From Octopus sinensis (lineage: Eukaryota): a stretch of 64,000 bases of DNA. Shown here piece after piece: positions 1 to 11,442 of this stretch (position 1 is the first letter of the stretch; every line of letters starts with the position of its first letter). Location: contig NC_043018.1 in NCBI RefSeq assembly GCF_006345805.1, positions 25,048,001 to 25,112,000 of the forward strand. The letters run 5' to 3'. The notes beneath the pieces were generated by a model. It was not told the origin of the DNA and searched no databases. It saw only the letters and a program-made list of their open reading frames with translations. The position numbers and the translations under genes are program-made.

Positions 1-50
1 CCGCTAAGCATTTCGTCCGGGGTGCAAGCGATTCCGCAAACCCGCCACCT
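1..50 (-). mobile_element. 5' head of SINE family B (truncated by window edge)
   Basis: Reverse complement matches the GGCGGCGAGCTGGCAGAA..GCGAAATGCTTAGCGG head of intact copies such as 16028 and 55478. Confidence 0.75.
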
Positions 51-191
51 TATGATTACAAAGCATTGGAATAAATATCTGTATCGGATTCAAGTAATGT
101 CCCTCTCACCTACACAAAAGGTACTCGGAGTAGCTGAGCTTTGTGTTACTGAAATTATGTTTTGACGAATCATATATGGATTTTAAAAATT

Positions 192-388
192 CTTTTACTT
201 GTTTCAGTCACTTGACTGCGGTCATGTTAGAGCACCACCTTTAGTCGGACAAATCGACCCCAGGACTTATTCTTTGTAATCCAAGTACTTATTCTATCGG
301 TCACTTTTGCTGAACCGCTAAGTTACGGGGACGTTAACACACCAACATCGGTTGTCAAGCGATGGTAGGACAAACATACACACAAACA
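192..388 (-). mobile_element. SINE family A 3' module (solo)
   Basis: Homologous to the 3' half of full copies at 6729-7132 and 26815-27203. Confidence 0.85.
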
Positions 389-443
389 TATGCATGTGTG
401 TGTGTATGTGTGTGAGTAGGCGCAATGGCCTAGTGGTTATATA

Positions 444-451
<8 letters not shown>

Positions 452-499
<48 letters not shown>
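452..499. repeat. (TAA)n microsatellite
   Basis: Direct reading of the sequence. Confidence 0.95.
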
Positions 500-501
<2 letters not shown>

Positions 502-817
502 TTTACATGACTTAATGGATTGGTCGCTGTTTAGTTATGTATTTAGGAGTTGGTTGTAATTTACTTATCGAATTTATTTACCGACACTGTTGTACATAGG
601 GTGAAAGTGTTTGAAAGTTATGGTTTCTTTGTTATGTTTGTTCCCAAACAACACTTGTTTCAGTGCTGCTGACACCGCCGGATTGAATGGTACTGCCCAG
701 GCGTCGAAACCATAACGATATCCGTTGGGCAGCTGATGATGGATGGATGTATGCTGGATTGTTGATGTGACTGTTTTTGTATATGAGGGATAGTATAACA
801 CATCCTTTTGATATCTA

Positions 818-864
<47 letters not shown>

Positions 865-869
865 TATAT

Positions 870-1067
870 AGTCCCGGGTTGAGTCGGGGTTAACCACAGT
901 AAATAAGGTACTCAATACATAGCAGAGTAAATTAATTTATTTTATAGAAGGAGCTTCTACAGGACTAGAACTGTTTCATTCAAATGAAATCATCAGGAAG
1001 CTTCCTGATGATTTCATTTGAATGAAACAGTTCTAGTCCTGTAGAAGCTCCTTCTATAAAAATAAAA
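870..1067 (-). mobile_element. (TA)n-embedded element with 122-bp perfect palindrome; putative Penelope-like terminal repeat
   Basis: 940-1061 is a perfect zero-spacer palindrome centred on AAGCTT (1000/1001). A CTGATGA..GAAAC motif lies next to the centre. Flanked by (TA)n on both sides. Confidence 0.6.
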
Positions 1068-1076
1068 TATATATAA

Positions 1077-1150
<74 letters not shown>

Positions 1151-1727
1151 TACATATATATACACATACATACATATATACCTATACATTATATAAAAAT
1201 CCCTTTCTTTCTCTGTGCTGGGAGAAAAGAGAATTTACTATAAAAACAAACCCCCAGCCCTCCCTCCAACGTATAATTTACTTTAAAAAGAAATACTTTA
1301 AAAGGGAAAAACGTGAGAAAAAAAAGAAAAATTAATAATCTAATTTAACAATAGACAAAAACATGTGCCTTCTCGCACATAAACACAGTATTCACACATA
1401 TACAAACATGCGCAGATGCAATTATTGAAGTACTAAATGGCACGTCAAATGATATTTAATCGTGTGGAACATGTTACATGCATATCAATATTCTAAAGTT
1501 TGGACATACTATCCCTTATCCTAAAGCTGCTTCAGACAATTAGGAAGGGTTCCCGACTCGTTGCACCGTCTGCTTTCAATCTTGGATTGTGATTCGGCTC
1601 AGCCCAAACTCTCTCAGATTTTGTCTGCTGTTGCCTACTCCTACAAGGATTGCACCTGTTTTTTGTTCCTGATTTAACCCCGATTTGTCCTAGAGCCCAT
1701 AGAAGATTGTTTTTAGTCACCACCATC

Positions 1728-3200
1728 ATGTCAGCTACCTACGCATCGAAACTGAGATCTGCAAGTAGGGCTTCTCATCAAGATGATGGTCCTACCAATA
1801 GTCAGCTCAACGAGCAGTTGCTGTTGCTCAAACAAGAGGTTGAGCACCTAAAGTCTGTTGTTGCTCTCTTACTGAATAAACAGTCTCCTGTTGACGCAGA
1901 GTCACCCTTAATTTCTTCCCTGGAGACGTCCAAACCGAAGGGAACAAAATCGAAGCGGCCAAAGAAGGCGAAGGAACCGGCGGTCGTTTCTGCACATGAT
2001 CGTTCCCGTGCGGATTCTTCCTCATCTACCTTTTCGGTCCCGGAGGTTCCCCAACCTAATTTGAGGAGCGTAGACTCAAACCCACCTGAAGACCGTTGTT
2101 CTCCCCAAAAGAAGAAACGTCGTCAAAACTCCAGTGGGGCGGATTTAGCTATGAAACCTGACCACGATAAACGGTCTCCTGTTGACACAGAGTCACCCTT
2201 GATTTCTTCCCTGGAGACGTCCAAACCGAAGGGAACAAAATCGAAGCGGCCAAAGAAGGCGAAGGAACCGGCGGTCGTTCCTGCACATGATCGTTCCCGT
2301 GCGGATTCTTCCTCATCTGCCTTTTCGGTCCCGGAGGTTCCCCAACCTAATTTGAGGAGCGTAGACTCAAACCCACCTGAAGACCGTTGTTCTCCCCAAA
2401 AGAAGAAACGTAGTCAAAACTCCAGAGGGGCAGATTTGGCTATGAAACCTGATCACGATAAAATCTGTTTGGATTCTCCTTCACTTGTCCTTCCCATTAA
2501 TGCCATTGCTCAACCAATTCTGAACGATCTCGATGTGAGTTCATCTGGGGAGTGGTGCTCCCCCAACCGAAGAAGAGGCAGTGCAGTTCCAAACCAGGCG
2601 GGAAAATTATGACCACTAAATCCATTCCGATCGACCCCACAGGCCGACATAAGTCCGATGGCTATGAAACCACCCTTTCGAAATCCTCCAATGAAGAATC
2701 GAATACCGCAGCTCATAGTAGAGAACTTTTTGCCCACTCAAGATCAGCAATAATATATGGCAAAGCTGAATCACCACCTGTGATACAGGCATAAACGCCT
2801 AAAAAGACAACATTAATTTTGTTTCCATTTTGGTTGGAGAATTGTTCTCTGTGAACGAAAATGTCAGTGTTCTTAAGGTCGCTCGGCTAGGAAGATTCCA
2901 AGCGAACCCAACCGCAGATACTAGACCACGCCCAATAAGGGTAATCTTTTCTTCTGATCGGGAGGCTTCAGTCTTTCTGAACAGAGCTCAGACGCATGCC
3001 TGGGAGGACCCCAATATGGGTTTTCGCGAGGAATACTCACTAAGAGAGAGAATTCGCCGGAGGAACCTGATATCCGAACTAAAGATGAGCAAATGAGGAG
3101 GAAACAAATGGAGAGAGAAGGGTTACGAATCCAAGATGGACAGATAATCAAGTCCTACCTCTGGTCCCATGCTGTAGTGCTGACAGGGAAAGTGATGTGA
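1728..3200 (+). pseudogene. CR1 ORF1 (coiled coil, duplicated Ser/Pro/Lys-rich linker, RLG..RPRPIRV.F RRM-like C-terminus); frameshifted
   Basis: ATG at 1728. EQLLLLKQEVEHLKSVVALLL coiled coil. Fragments 1650-2612, 2552-2794 and 2830-3096, then GLRIQDGQIIKSYLWSHAVVLTGKVM* ending at 3200. Confidence 0.8.
1876..2462 (+). repeat. In-frame 291-bp tandem duplication inside ORF1
   Basis: Period 291 nt (t1877 aligns with t2168). I counted 10 substitutions and no indels between copies. Confidence 0.95.
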
Positions 3201-3269
3201 GGGCAAATCGAAGTGAAGTTGATACCCCCGTCAACGATGCTATCTCTGATGCCCTTATTCTGATTCTGC

Positions 3270-6094
3270 TTGTCCCCAACTCCCGCCCCTCAGACTTCAC
3301 AGCTCAGCATCGTCTACACCAACTCGTGCTCCTTATTCCCAAAGTTCAGTGAACTATTTACACTGGCCATACGTGACTCCCCTGATGTGATAGCTATCAC
3401 CGAGACTTGGCTGACTCCAGCAGTAAAGGACTCAGAAATCCACCTGCAGGGCTACGTCCTTTTCAGATGTGACAGAGGAAAAAGGCGAGGTGGAGGGTTG
3501 CTGTGTATGTTGTTTGTTAAGTCTGAGCACAAACCGTCCTGCGGTATTCTACCCACAAATGCTCAACCTACAAACAAAATTCGATGCCGTCTATTGCAAG
3601 CTGAGCCTATCTGAGTTTTGCCTGCCCGTGTTGGCTGTCTACAGGCCGCCTCTAGCCGACCCCCAGGACGATGCTCATCTACTCGAAGCGAGATTCGTTT
3701 CAGCTTCGCATGACTGCTTGGTACTAGGCGACTTCAACGCTCCCACGATCGATTGGCCCGCATCAATTTGTACAACATCTTCCCGGTTCGGCCAGGCCCT
3801 TCTTGACGTGGCTGAAGATTGTTTTCTATCGCAACATGTTGAATATCCGACAAGGCATCGGTCTGGGCAGCAGCCATCTATGCTAGATCTGGTATTCTCC
3901 CGCTATCCAAGATCAGTGTCAGACGTATCTGTGTGCGCCCCTCTTGCAGTCCTGAAGTTCGTCATGCACACAACTTTTTCCACGCCCACGATTACTTCGC
4001 TGCCACGTAGAGTCTTCTCTGCAATTAATCTTGAAATTCTAACCGAGGCTTCCGCGCTTCTGGACTGGCGATCCCTGATGACGTTGTCCTCAGTTGACGA
4101 ACTATGGTCATCCCTCAAAGCATATGTAATCTGTTTGACTGACCAGGCAGTTCCCGTTGGGCTTCCCAAGAGGAAGAAGAACACAAGCCCTGGGTGACGA
4201 AGAAGGTTAAACGAGAACGTCGACTCAGAGATATTGCTTGGGCTGAATTCAAAAATCTGGATTCGACTGCAGCTTTTGAGGTGTACAAAACTCAACGAGA
4301 CCGAGCCGTGTGAAAATTGAAAAGAAAAAAAAGAACGCTTCAGTTATGAATACAAAATCGCGGCAAATGCCAGTAGCAATCCAAAAACCTTCTTTGCCCA
4401 TGTCCAGCGGAATTCCCGCTTGAACAACCAGATTGCAACGTTGGTAGACTCAACAGGCGTATCGATTGAGGACCCTTATCAACAGAGTCAATATTTGCCG
4501 AGGCTTTTTCAACTATTTTCAAACAAGATGATGGTCGTGAACCCCCTCCATTTGATAGATCGGTACCTCCAATGCTTCGATTGATCATCACGCACGCGGG
4601 ACGAAGTCAAACGTGTTATTCAAGGCCTCGATGTCAACAAGGGTCACGGCCTGACGGCATACACCCACGGGTTATCAAAGCGTTGGCTCCGTCATCTGCG
4701 AGCCCTTAACACGACTATTCAATATGTCATTGGCGACGGGTGTTATACCTGCAGACTGGAGAACAGCGATAATCTGCCCAATTTTCAAGAAAGGGAGCCG
4801 CGAAGACCCGCTTAACTACCGACCGGTTTCCCTTACATCAATAATCAGCAAGATGTTCGAAACCATCCTTAAGAAAAGTATGATGCTCCACCTCCTAAAC
4901 ACAGCCTCGATCACTGATTCCCAACCGGCTTCGTGCCGAAGAGATCATGCTTGACCAACTTACTAGTAATGGAAGAATTGGTGACGCGCATCCTCGATGA
5001 TAGTGATGCTGTTGACATCGTTTTATTGGACTTTGCCAAAGCTTTTGACTCGGTAAACCACCGCCTACTACTTGTCAAGCTTCAAGCATATAGTTTCCAT
5101 CCGGATATTGTACGATGGGTGGTTGTGCCTTCCTCTCAGATCGCTCCTTCCAAGTTCAAGTTAATGGTTCGCGGTCCGACGTCTCCAGTGCGAGCAGTGG
5201 CGTGCCTCAAGGTTCAGTGCTTGGGCCCTTGTTGTTCTTAGTCTTCATAAATGACTTGCCCGACGACCTCACGCAACACACCCTTCTATTTGCCGACGAT
5301 ATCAAACTGGTCGCTCCTCGCGGTAGTATAGAGGATCTTCGTCGATGCCTCCACCAAATTTGGAAGTGGTCTAACGATTGGGACCTGTGTCTGAACGTGT
5401 CAAAGTGCTGTCATCTGCCTGTCGGCTCTACTCCTGCAACTCAACTTGATTTCGAGCCGGGTCGTCTGCTGCTGGAGAGGAGGACCGATCAGGTAAAGGA
5501 CCTGGGTATCTTGGTGGATTCCTCCTTTTCGCCTTCGGCCCAGTGCGTCCATGCTGCCAACAAAGCGCGCGGAATTCTGTTTTTGATTCGACGGTCATTC
5601 GGAATGCTCACAGCAGCCATATTCCTGCCACTCTATGTCACGCTGGTGAGACCCATATTGGAGTATGGGATTCAAGCCTCTTCTCCTTATCTCCTCAAAG
5701 ACATACAGCATCTCGAAAGAGTCCAGAGGCTGGCTACCGCATGGTTCATGGTTCATGGTCTCAAAAATTTGTCCTACGAAGGTGAGGACGCTCGACCTTT
5801 ATTCTCTTGAAAAACGCCGCGCCGTGTGGTGATCTCATTCTCGCCCACAACATCATAAGCGGGAAGTGTAACCTCTCGAAAGAGCTGTTCTTCACTCCTG
5901 CTCCGGAGCGTCGGCTGCGGGGTCATTCCGAAAAGCTCTACCTGCGACGATTTCATCTCAATCGAAGGAGAGGAGCTTTCTCCGTCCGGGTTGCGGATCC
6001 GTGGAACAAGCTGCCAGACGAGATGGTGAAGATGCCGACGACCGCTTTGTTCAAAGCTTCCCTGGACCTCAAGTGGCCTGAACTCTTTACATGA
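3270..6094 (+). pseudogene. CR1 ORF2: AP endonuclease plus reverse transcriptase, multiple frameshifts
   Basis: APE motifs YTNSCSL, DVIAITETWL, FRCDR..RGGG, GDFNAP.IDW, LDLVFS. RT motifs NYRPVSLTS, LDFAKAFDSVNH, GVPQGSVLGPLLF, FADDIKL. CR1-type C-terminus LERVQRLAT..GDLILAHNII..RRGAFSVRVADPWNKLP. TGA at 6092-6094. Confidence 0.93.
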
Positions 6095-6178
6095 ACACCA
6101 CCCTGTACTTAACTCCATGTCCCCCTACATGGCCTTGCTATTTGCTTTTGAGCCAAATTAACTAACTAACTAACTAAC

Positions 6179-6212
<34 letters not shown>

Positions 6213-6728
6213 ATATATATACATATACATACAAATATATATATATGAATCTATATGTGTATGGTGTATGTATCTATGCATCAGTATATTTTATGCATAT
6301 ATATATATATTATATATATATATATATATATACGTATATATGTACATACGTATGTATGTATGTATGCATGCATATATGTATGTATATATATATATATATG
6401 TACGTATGTATATATGTATACAAATATATGTATATATACTTTTACAGAAAGACGCGCGCATAACACTGAGTGTGTGTTCTACGCTCTTGTTTGGAATAAA
6501 AGAAATATCTCAAGAGATTACGTAACTCTCAGTTCACTGTGGGTATGTGGTGGCGGTGGCGATTATGTTGATAAGATAGAGATGTTGAGGAACCCACGTG
6601 CGCCCCTACATATACACACACATACGCATCAAAATTAGACACACTCTATTTCACTCTCATCAACCTTTCCTCTGCATATATATACATATACATAGAGATT
6701 TACCAATACATACATACAAACATACATA

Positions 6729-7129
6729 CAGGAGTGGCTGTGTGGTAAGTAGCTTGCTAACCAACCACATGGTTCCGGGTTCAGTCCCACTGCGTGGCAT
6801 CTTGGGCAAGTGTCTTCTGCTATAGCCCCGGGCCGACCAATGCCTTGTGAGTGGATTTGGTAGACGGAAACTGAAAGAAGCCTGTCGTATATATGTATAT
6901 ATATGTATATGTATGTATGTGTATGTGATTGTGTGTCTGTGTTTGTACCCCTAGCATTGCTTGACAACCGATGCTGGTGTGTTTACGTCCCCGTCACTTA
7001 GCGGTTCGGCAAAAGAGACCGATAGAATAAGTACTGGACTTACAAAGAATAAGTCCCGGGGTCGAGTTGCTTGACTAAAGGCGGTGCTCCAGCATGGCCG
7101 CAGTCAAATGACTGAAACATGTAAAAGAG

Positions 7130-7132
<3 letters not shown>
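6729..7132 (+). mobile_element. SINE family A, full length (tRNA-like head, CORE-like CCTTGGGCAAG segment, internal microsatellite, 3' module, AAAAGAGT tail)
   Basis: GGAGTGGCTGTGTGGTAAG head, GGTTCAGTCCC B-box-like motif, many homologs in the window. Resembles octopus OR-type CORE-SINEs from memory. Confidence 0.88.
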
Positions 7133-7169
<37 letters not shown>

Positions 7170-7524
7170 GTAAATGTCGAACGATGAAAATGAGTGCTCA
7201 ACACCACATTAGTGGATAGAATTTCTTTATTTGTGAATTAAGGCGACCATTGGTTTCATGTAGGCAAAACTGTCTTAATATCTTAACAGTTTTTCAAGCT
7301 GATCACATGGAGAAATGGTATTCGGCTCCATTTTGGATAGACACCATACATACATGGTGGCTGCCTCCTCACTATCAAGTATGGCCATTGCACGAAGCTT
7401 AATCAATGTTGTTATCGTGCAATGCCTGTACAAGAAGATTTTTTTTTAAGTGAGGAAAGGCTGTGCACTGAGTCAATCCCACTCACTAAGCAACAGCAGC
7501 CATAATCCGAAAAGAAGAACAAGT

Positions 7525-7905
7525 CAACATCATCGGTAACCACTGAACCGCAGGTTTTATGTCGGAGTTATCCCAGTTACCCGAGTTACCTTCTCCTAAA
7601 AGGATGCCCTAACAAAGGCTAGGAGTCCTTCACTCCCAGTGGTTTAACCGCGCGATCGGGTATTCAGTCCGATTATTTCTATGTCCCCGCGCATGATACA
7701 GCCTTAAGACATTTATTGGATGGCCGTTGACTCTCAAGAGTTCCTCCGCCCTTTGACGGGTTTTGTTTTTCATCCCGCAGGGTGTCCAATAAACACCCTC
7801 CTCACCAAGCAAGCTTGGTGGGGTTGCCGGTTTGGTCGCCGATGACTCGACCATGCAACAGGTTGTACTGGGTTACATGTTACCAGTGGCACTCGAAAGT
7901 GACCT
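7525..7905 (-). mobile_element. Probable RTE-clade LINE 5'UTR-like fragment
   Basis: Minus strand contains GCCTTTGTTAGGGCATCCTTTTAGGAGAAGGTAACTC..ATAAAACC, resembling the motif I recall from RTE 5'UTRs. No ORF follows. Confidence 0.45.
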
Positions 7906-8003
7906 GACCATACATATATACATACATACATTCATACATACACACATACACACACACACATATATATGTATATATATATGTATGTATGTATATATATATA
8001 TGT

Positions 8004-8369
8004 AAAAGACCCCCTTCGATCATGAGTGACCATGGGATTGCACCTAGAAAGTTACCCTCCTAGACACAAGTCCGGGCAAGGTTGTTTATGGAAGACCAGC
8101 AGTCGCCCATGGTCTTTATGGAAGACCAGCAGTCGCCCATGCATACCAGCCTTCCATCTCCACGCCACCAGTGTTATCCAAGGGAAAGACAAAGGTCGAT
8201 ACAGCTTGGCACCTGTGACGTCGCAACTCATTTCTACAGCTGAGTGAACTGGAGCAACGTGAAATAAAGTGCCTTGCTCAAGAACACAACACGCAGCCCG
8301 GTCCGGGATTCGCGCTCACAACCTCACGATCGTAAGCTCGACGCTCTAACCACTGAGCCATGCGCCTTC
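8004..8369 (-). mobile_element. SINE family D (tRNA-derived head GAAGGCGCATGGCTCAGTGGTTAGAGC)
   Basis: A-box and B-box-like motifs on the minus strand. Homologous tail at about 37995-38240. Internal 30-bp duplication at 8085-8141. Confidence 0.85.
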
Positions 8370-8708
8370 ACATATGTATGTATATGTTTATTATATATAT
8401 GTATATATGTATGTATTCAAGTATCACGTGATCATGTGCCTGACCAGACTATCAGATATTGCAATACATAGCTGGTCACAATGCGCGCCGCATCGTTTTA
8501 GCTTTCGAATGAACCCATGACGCTGGTGAGATGAGAAGGCCAACATTTCCTCCCTGATCGAAAGGAGATTGGCACAATGTGAACTGTAAAGTGCTTTGGT
8601 GAAGAATACCGCACATCACCCGGTTTGGGACGCGAACCCATAATTTAACGATCCTGAGTTCAGCAGCCCACGCACATGGGCACCCGCCTTTGTACATACA
8701 TACATACA

Positions 8709-8742
<34 letters not shown>

Positions 8743-8744
8743 CG

Positions 8745-9113
8745 TTGCTTCACAACCACATGTTACTAGGTTCAGTGCCACTGCGTAGCACCTTGATCAG
8801 GTGTCTTCTACTGTAGCCTCGGTGTGACCAAAGCCTTGTGAGTGAATTTGGTAGAGGGAAACTGGATGAAACCCGTCGTATATATATATGTATATATTTG
8901 TGTGTGTCTGTTTGCCCCACCACCACCACCACTGTCGCTTGAAAACCGATGCTGGTATGTTTATGTGCCTGTAAGCTAACGGTTCGGTAAAAGGGACCGA
9001 TAGTACTAGGCTTATAAAGAATAAGTGCTGGAGTCGATTTGTTCAAGTAAAGGCAGTGCTCCAGTATGGCCGCAGTTAAATGACTGAAGCAAGTAAAAGA
9101 ATAAAAGAATAAA
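8745..9113 (+). mobile_element. SINE family A, 5'-truncated, diverged
   Basis: Colinear homology to 6729-7132. Confidence 0.8.
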
Positions 9114-9142
9114 ATATTTACATACATACATTACATACATAT

Positions 9143-9378
9143 GGAGGCGCAATGGCCTAGTGGTTAGGGCAGCGGACTTGCGGTCGGAGGATCGCGGTTT
9201 CGATTCCCAGACCGGGCGTTGTGTGTGTTTATTGAGCGAAAAAAACACCTAAAAGCTCCACGAGGCTCCGGCGGGATGTGGTGATCCCTGCTGTACTCTT
9301 TCACCACTCTAAAGGCGGTGCTCCAGCATGGCCGCAGTCAAATGACTGAAACAAGTACAAAAAAAAAAAAAAAAAAAT
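9143..9378 (+). mobile_element. Chimeric SINE: family C head fused to family A 3' end
   Basis: GGAGGCGCAATGGCCTAGTGGTTAGGGC head as in the 34002-34350 copy. Switches at about 9310 to AAAGGCGGTGCTCCAGCATGGCCGCAGTCAAATGACTGAAAC plus poly-A. Confidence 0.8.
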
Positions 9379-9462
9379 ACATATATATACATACACACAC
9401 ATATATATTTATATATACATTCATATACACACACATACATACATACACAAACATTCATGTAC

Positions 9463-9510
<48 letters not shown>

Positions 9511-9821
9511 TATATACGCATAAATATATTCATTTATATATAAATACATATACCTATACATATACAGATGTGTGTGTATGTGAGTGCGTGTGCGTGCGTG
9601 TGTATGTGCCTGCGTGTGTGCGTGTGGCCTGTGTTGGTGTAGGTATGTATGAATATATATACATACACACACACATATATATACATACGTAAGCTCAGCG
9701 ACTAACAGACAAAGGTTATCAGGATTAAATGTCGACAAATTATCTTGGCTATCTTGCAGAAACCAAACATATTCCACTTGAATGATCTTTGTTTATGTGT
9801 GAGCGCATGTGTATGCATCAC

Positions 9822-9880
<59 letters not shown>

Positions 9881-10808
9881 GCTTGTGTGTATGTCTATTG
9901 ATGTGTGTCTGTTAGCATATGTTTTTGTGGTAAATTTCCTTGAGCGCCTAAACAAAAGCAATAGAACGTTTATGGAAACAGAAACAGAAGAATACATACA
10001 TATATAAATTTACATGTATATCTGCATATATGTTCATATATGTATACATATACACACAAATATGCAAACACACACACATATATACATACATAAATGTATA
10101 CACACACATATATATATACGTATATACATGAATATCTATATGTATATAACAATATAGTATTGCACAACAAAATCTCACCACACTTTAAACACCCTAAACA
10201 TATTTAAGTCTCGGCAGAAGTAGAATCTTGGTGAAGGGCAATCGCTATGTATCAATGTCTAATGCAATATATACGTCAGAATCTCAACAAAGGACAACTC
10301 TGAAATCACGCGAACAAAAGATACAAAAGGCTTACAGTCGACAACGCAAACAAACAAGCACATCAAACGTATACGTCCCATCATCAGCTGTTTTACGGAT
10401 ATCAGCATGATTTCGACATCTGGACTGTACCATTCAAGCTGCCGATGTCAGCAGTGTTAAAAAACATAAACGCTGCCTGAGAATTAATAGACGAGAAGCA
10501 GGAAGCAGACATAAGCACAATGTCTTCATCATGTCTACACCTGCTTAGAATTACCACACATGAATACAAGAGAGCGAAGTCTCAAACATATATCGTCACT
10601 TGCCTATAGCTAGCAGGCTTAGAATTTTATAAATAAAATACAGAAAACAGAGAAATGAGATCAAATCGCACATTGCTACCCAAAAAAATATGGAACTTAA
10701 AAAGCAGATAAAGCGTTGAAATAGACTAGCTATGTAAATGTAGAAAATAGAAGATTTAAAACGTAGTTGAAAATATATGTTGTAAACGCAAAAACGAAAA
10801 GTAATAAA

Positions 10809-11210
10809 GGCGCAGGCGTGGCTGTGTGGTAAGAAGCTTGCTTCACAACCACATGGTTCAGGGTACAGTCCCACTGCGTGGCACCTTGAGCAAGTGTCTT
10901 CTACTATAGCCGCGGGCTGACCAAAGCCTTCTGAATGGATTTGGTAAACTGAAAGAAGCCCATCGTATATATATATATATATAAATGTAAGTTTGTGTGT
11001 CTGTGTTTGTCCACCTCCCCACCATCGCTTGACAACCGGCGTTGGTGTGTTTACGTCTCCATAACTTAGCGGTTCGGCAAAAGTCACCTACGGAATAAGT
11101 ACTAGTCTTACAAAGAATAAGTCCCCGGGTTGGTTTGTTCGACTAAAGGCGCTGCTCCAGCATGACCGCTGTCAAATGACTGAAGTGACTGAATCAAGTA
11201 AAATAATAAA
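10809..11210 (+). mobile_element. SINE family A, full length
   Basis: Head GGCGCAGGCGTGGCTGTGTGG through 3' module. Confidence 0.85.
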
Positions 11211-11442
11211 ATAACTCAACATAGAACACTTCTTTTGTTTTTACTTGTCCCGATCATTGGACTGCAGCCATGTTGGGGCACCGCTTTGAAAAGTTTAGTT
11301 AGAAAAATCTACTCCCAGTACTCAATTTTTCAAAAATATTACTATCACGTGAACCGGAAATGAAAAGCGTCAGCTTGAAGCAGCAGTTTTTGCTGATGTA
11401 GTCCACAAAGGTTTTTAAACGAAAGAACATAAGGATTAGTAA

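Larger units (their letters stand above)
1510..6178 (+). mobile_element. Near-full-length CR1-clade LINE (5'UTR, ORF1, APE-RT ORF2, short 3'UTR, (TAAC)5 tail)
   Basis: ORF1 and ORF2 motifs as listed below. (TAAC)x5 tail at 6159-6178. Visibly more GC-rich than its flanks. The 5' boundary is approximate and no TSD was found. Confidence 0.92.

Noticed and set aside
3903-4295. 130-aa antisense ORF in the LINE
   Set aside because: Shadow frame of ORF2 with no recognisable motif.
9143-9215. SINE heads as functional tRNA genes
   Set aside because: They lack a complete cloverleaf and acceptor stem and continue into SINE bodies present in many copies.
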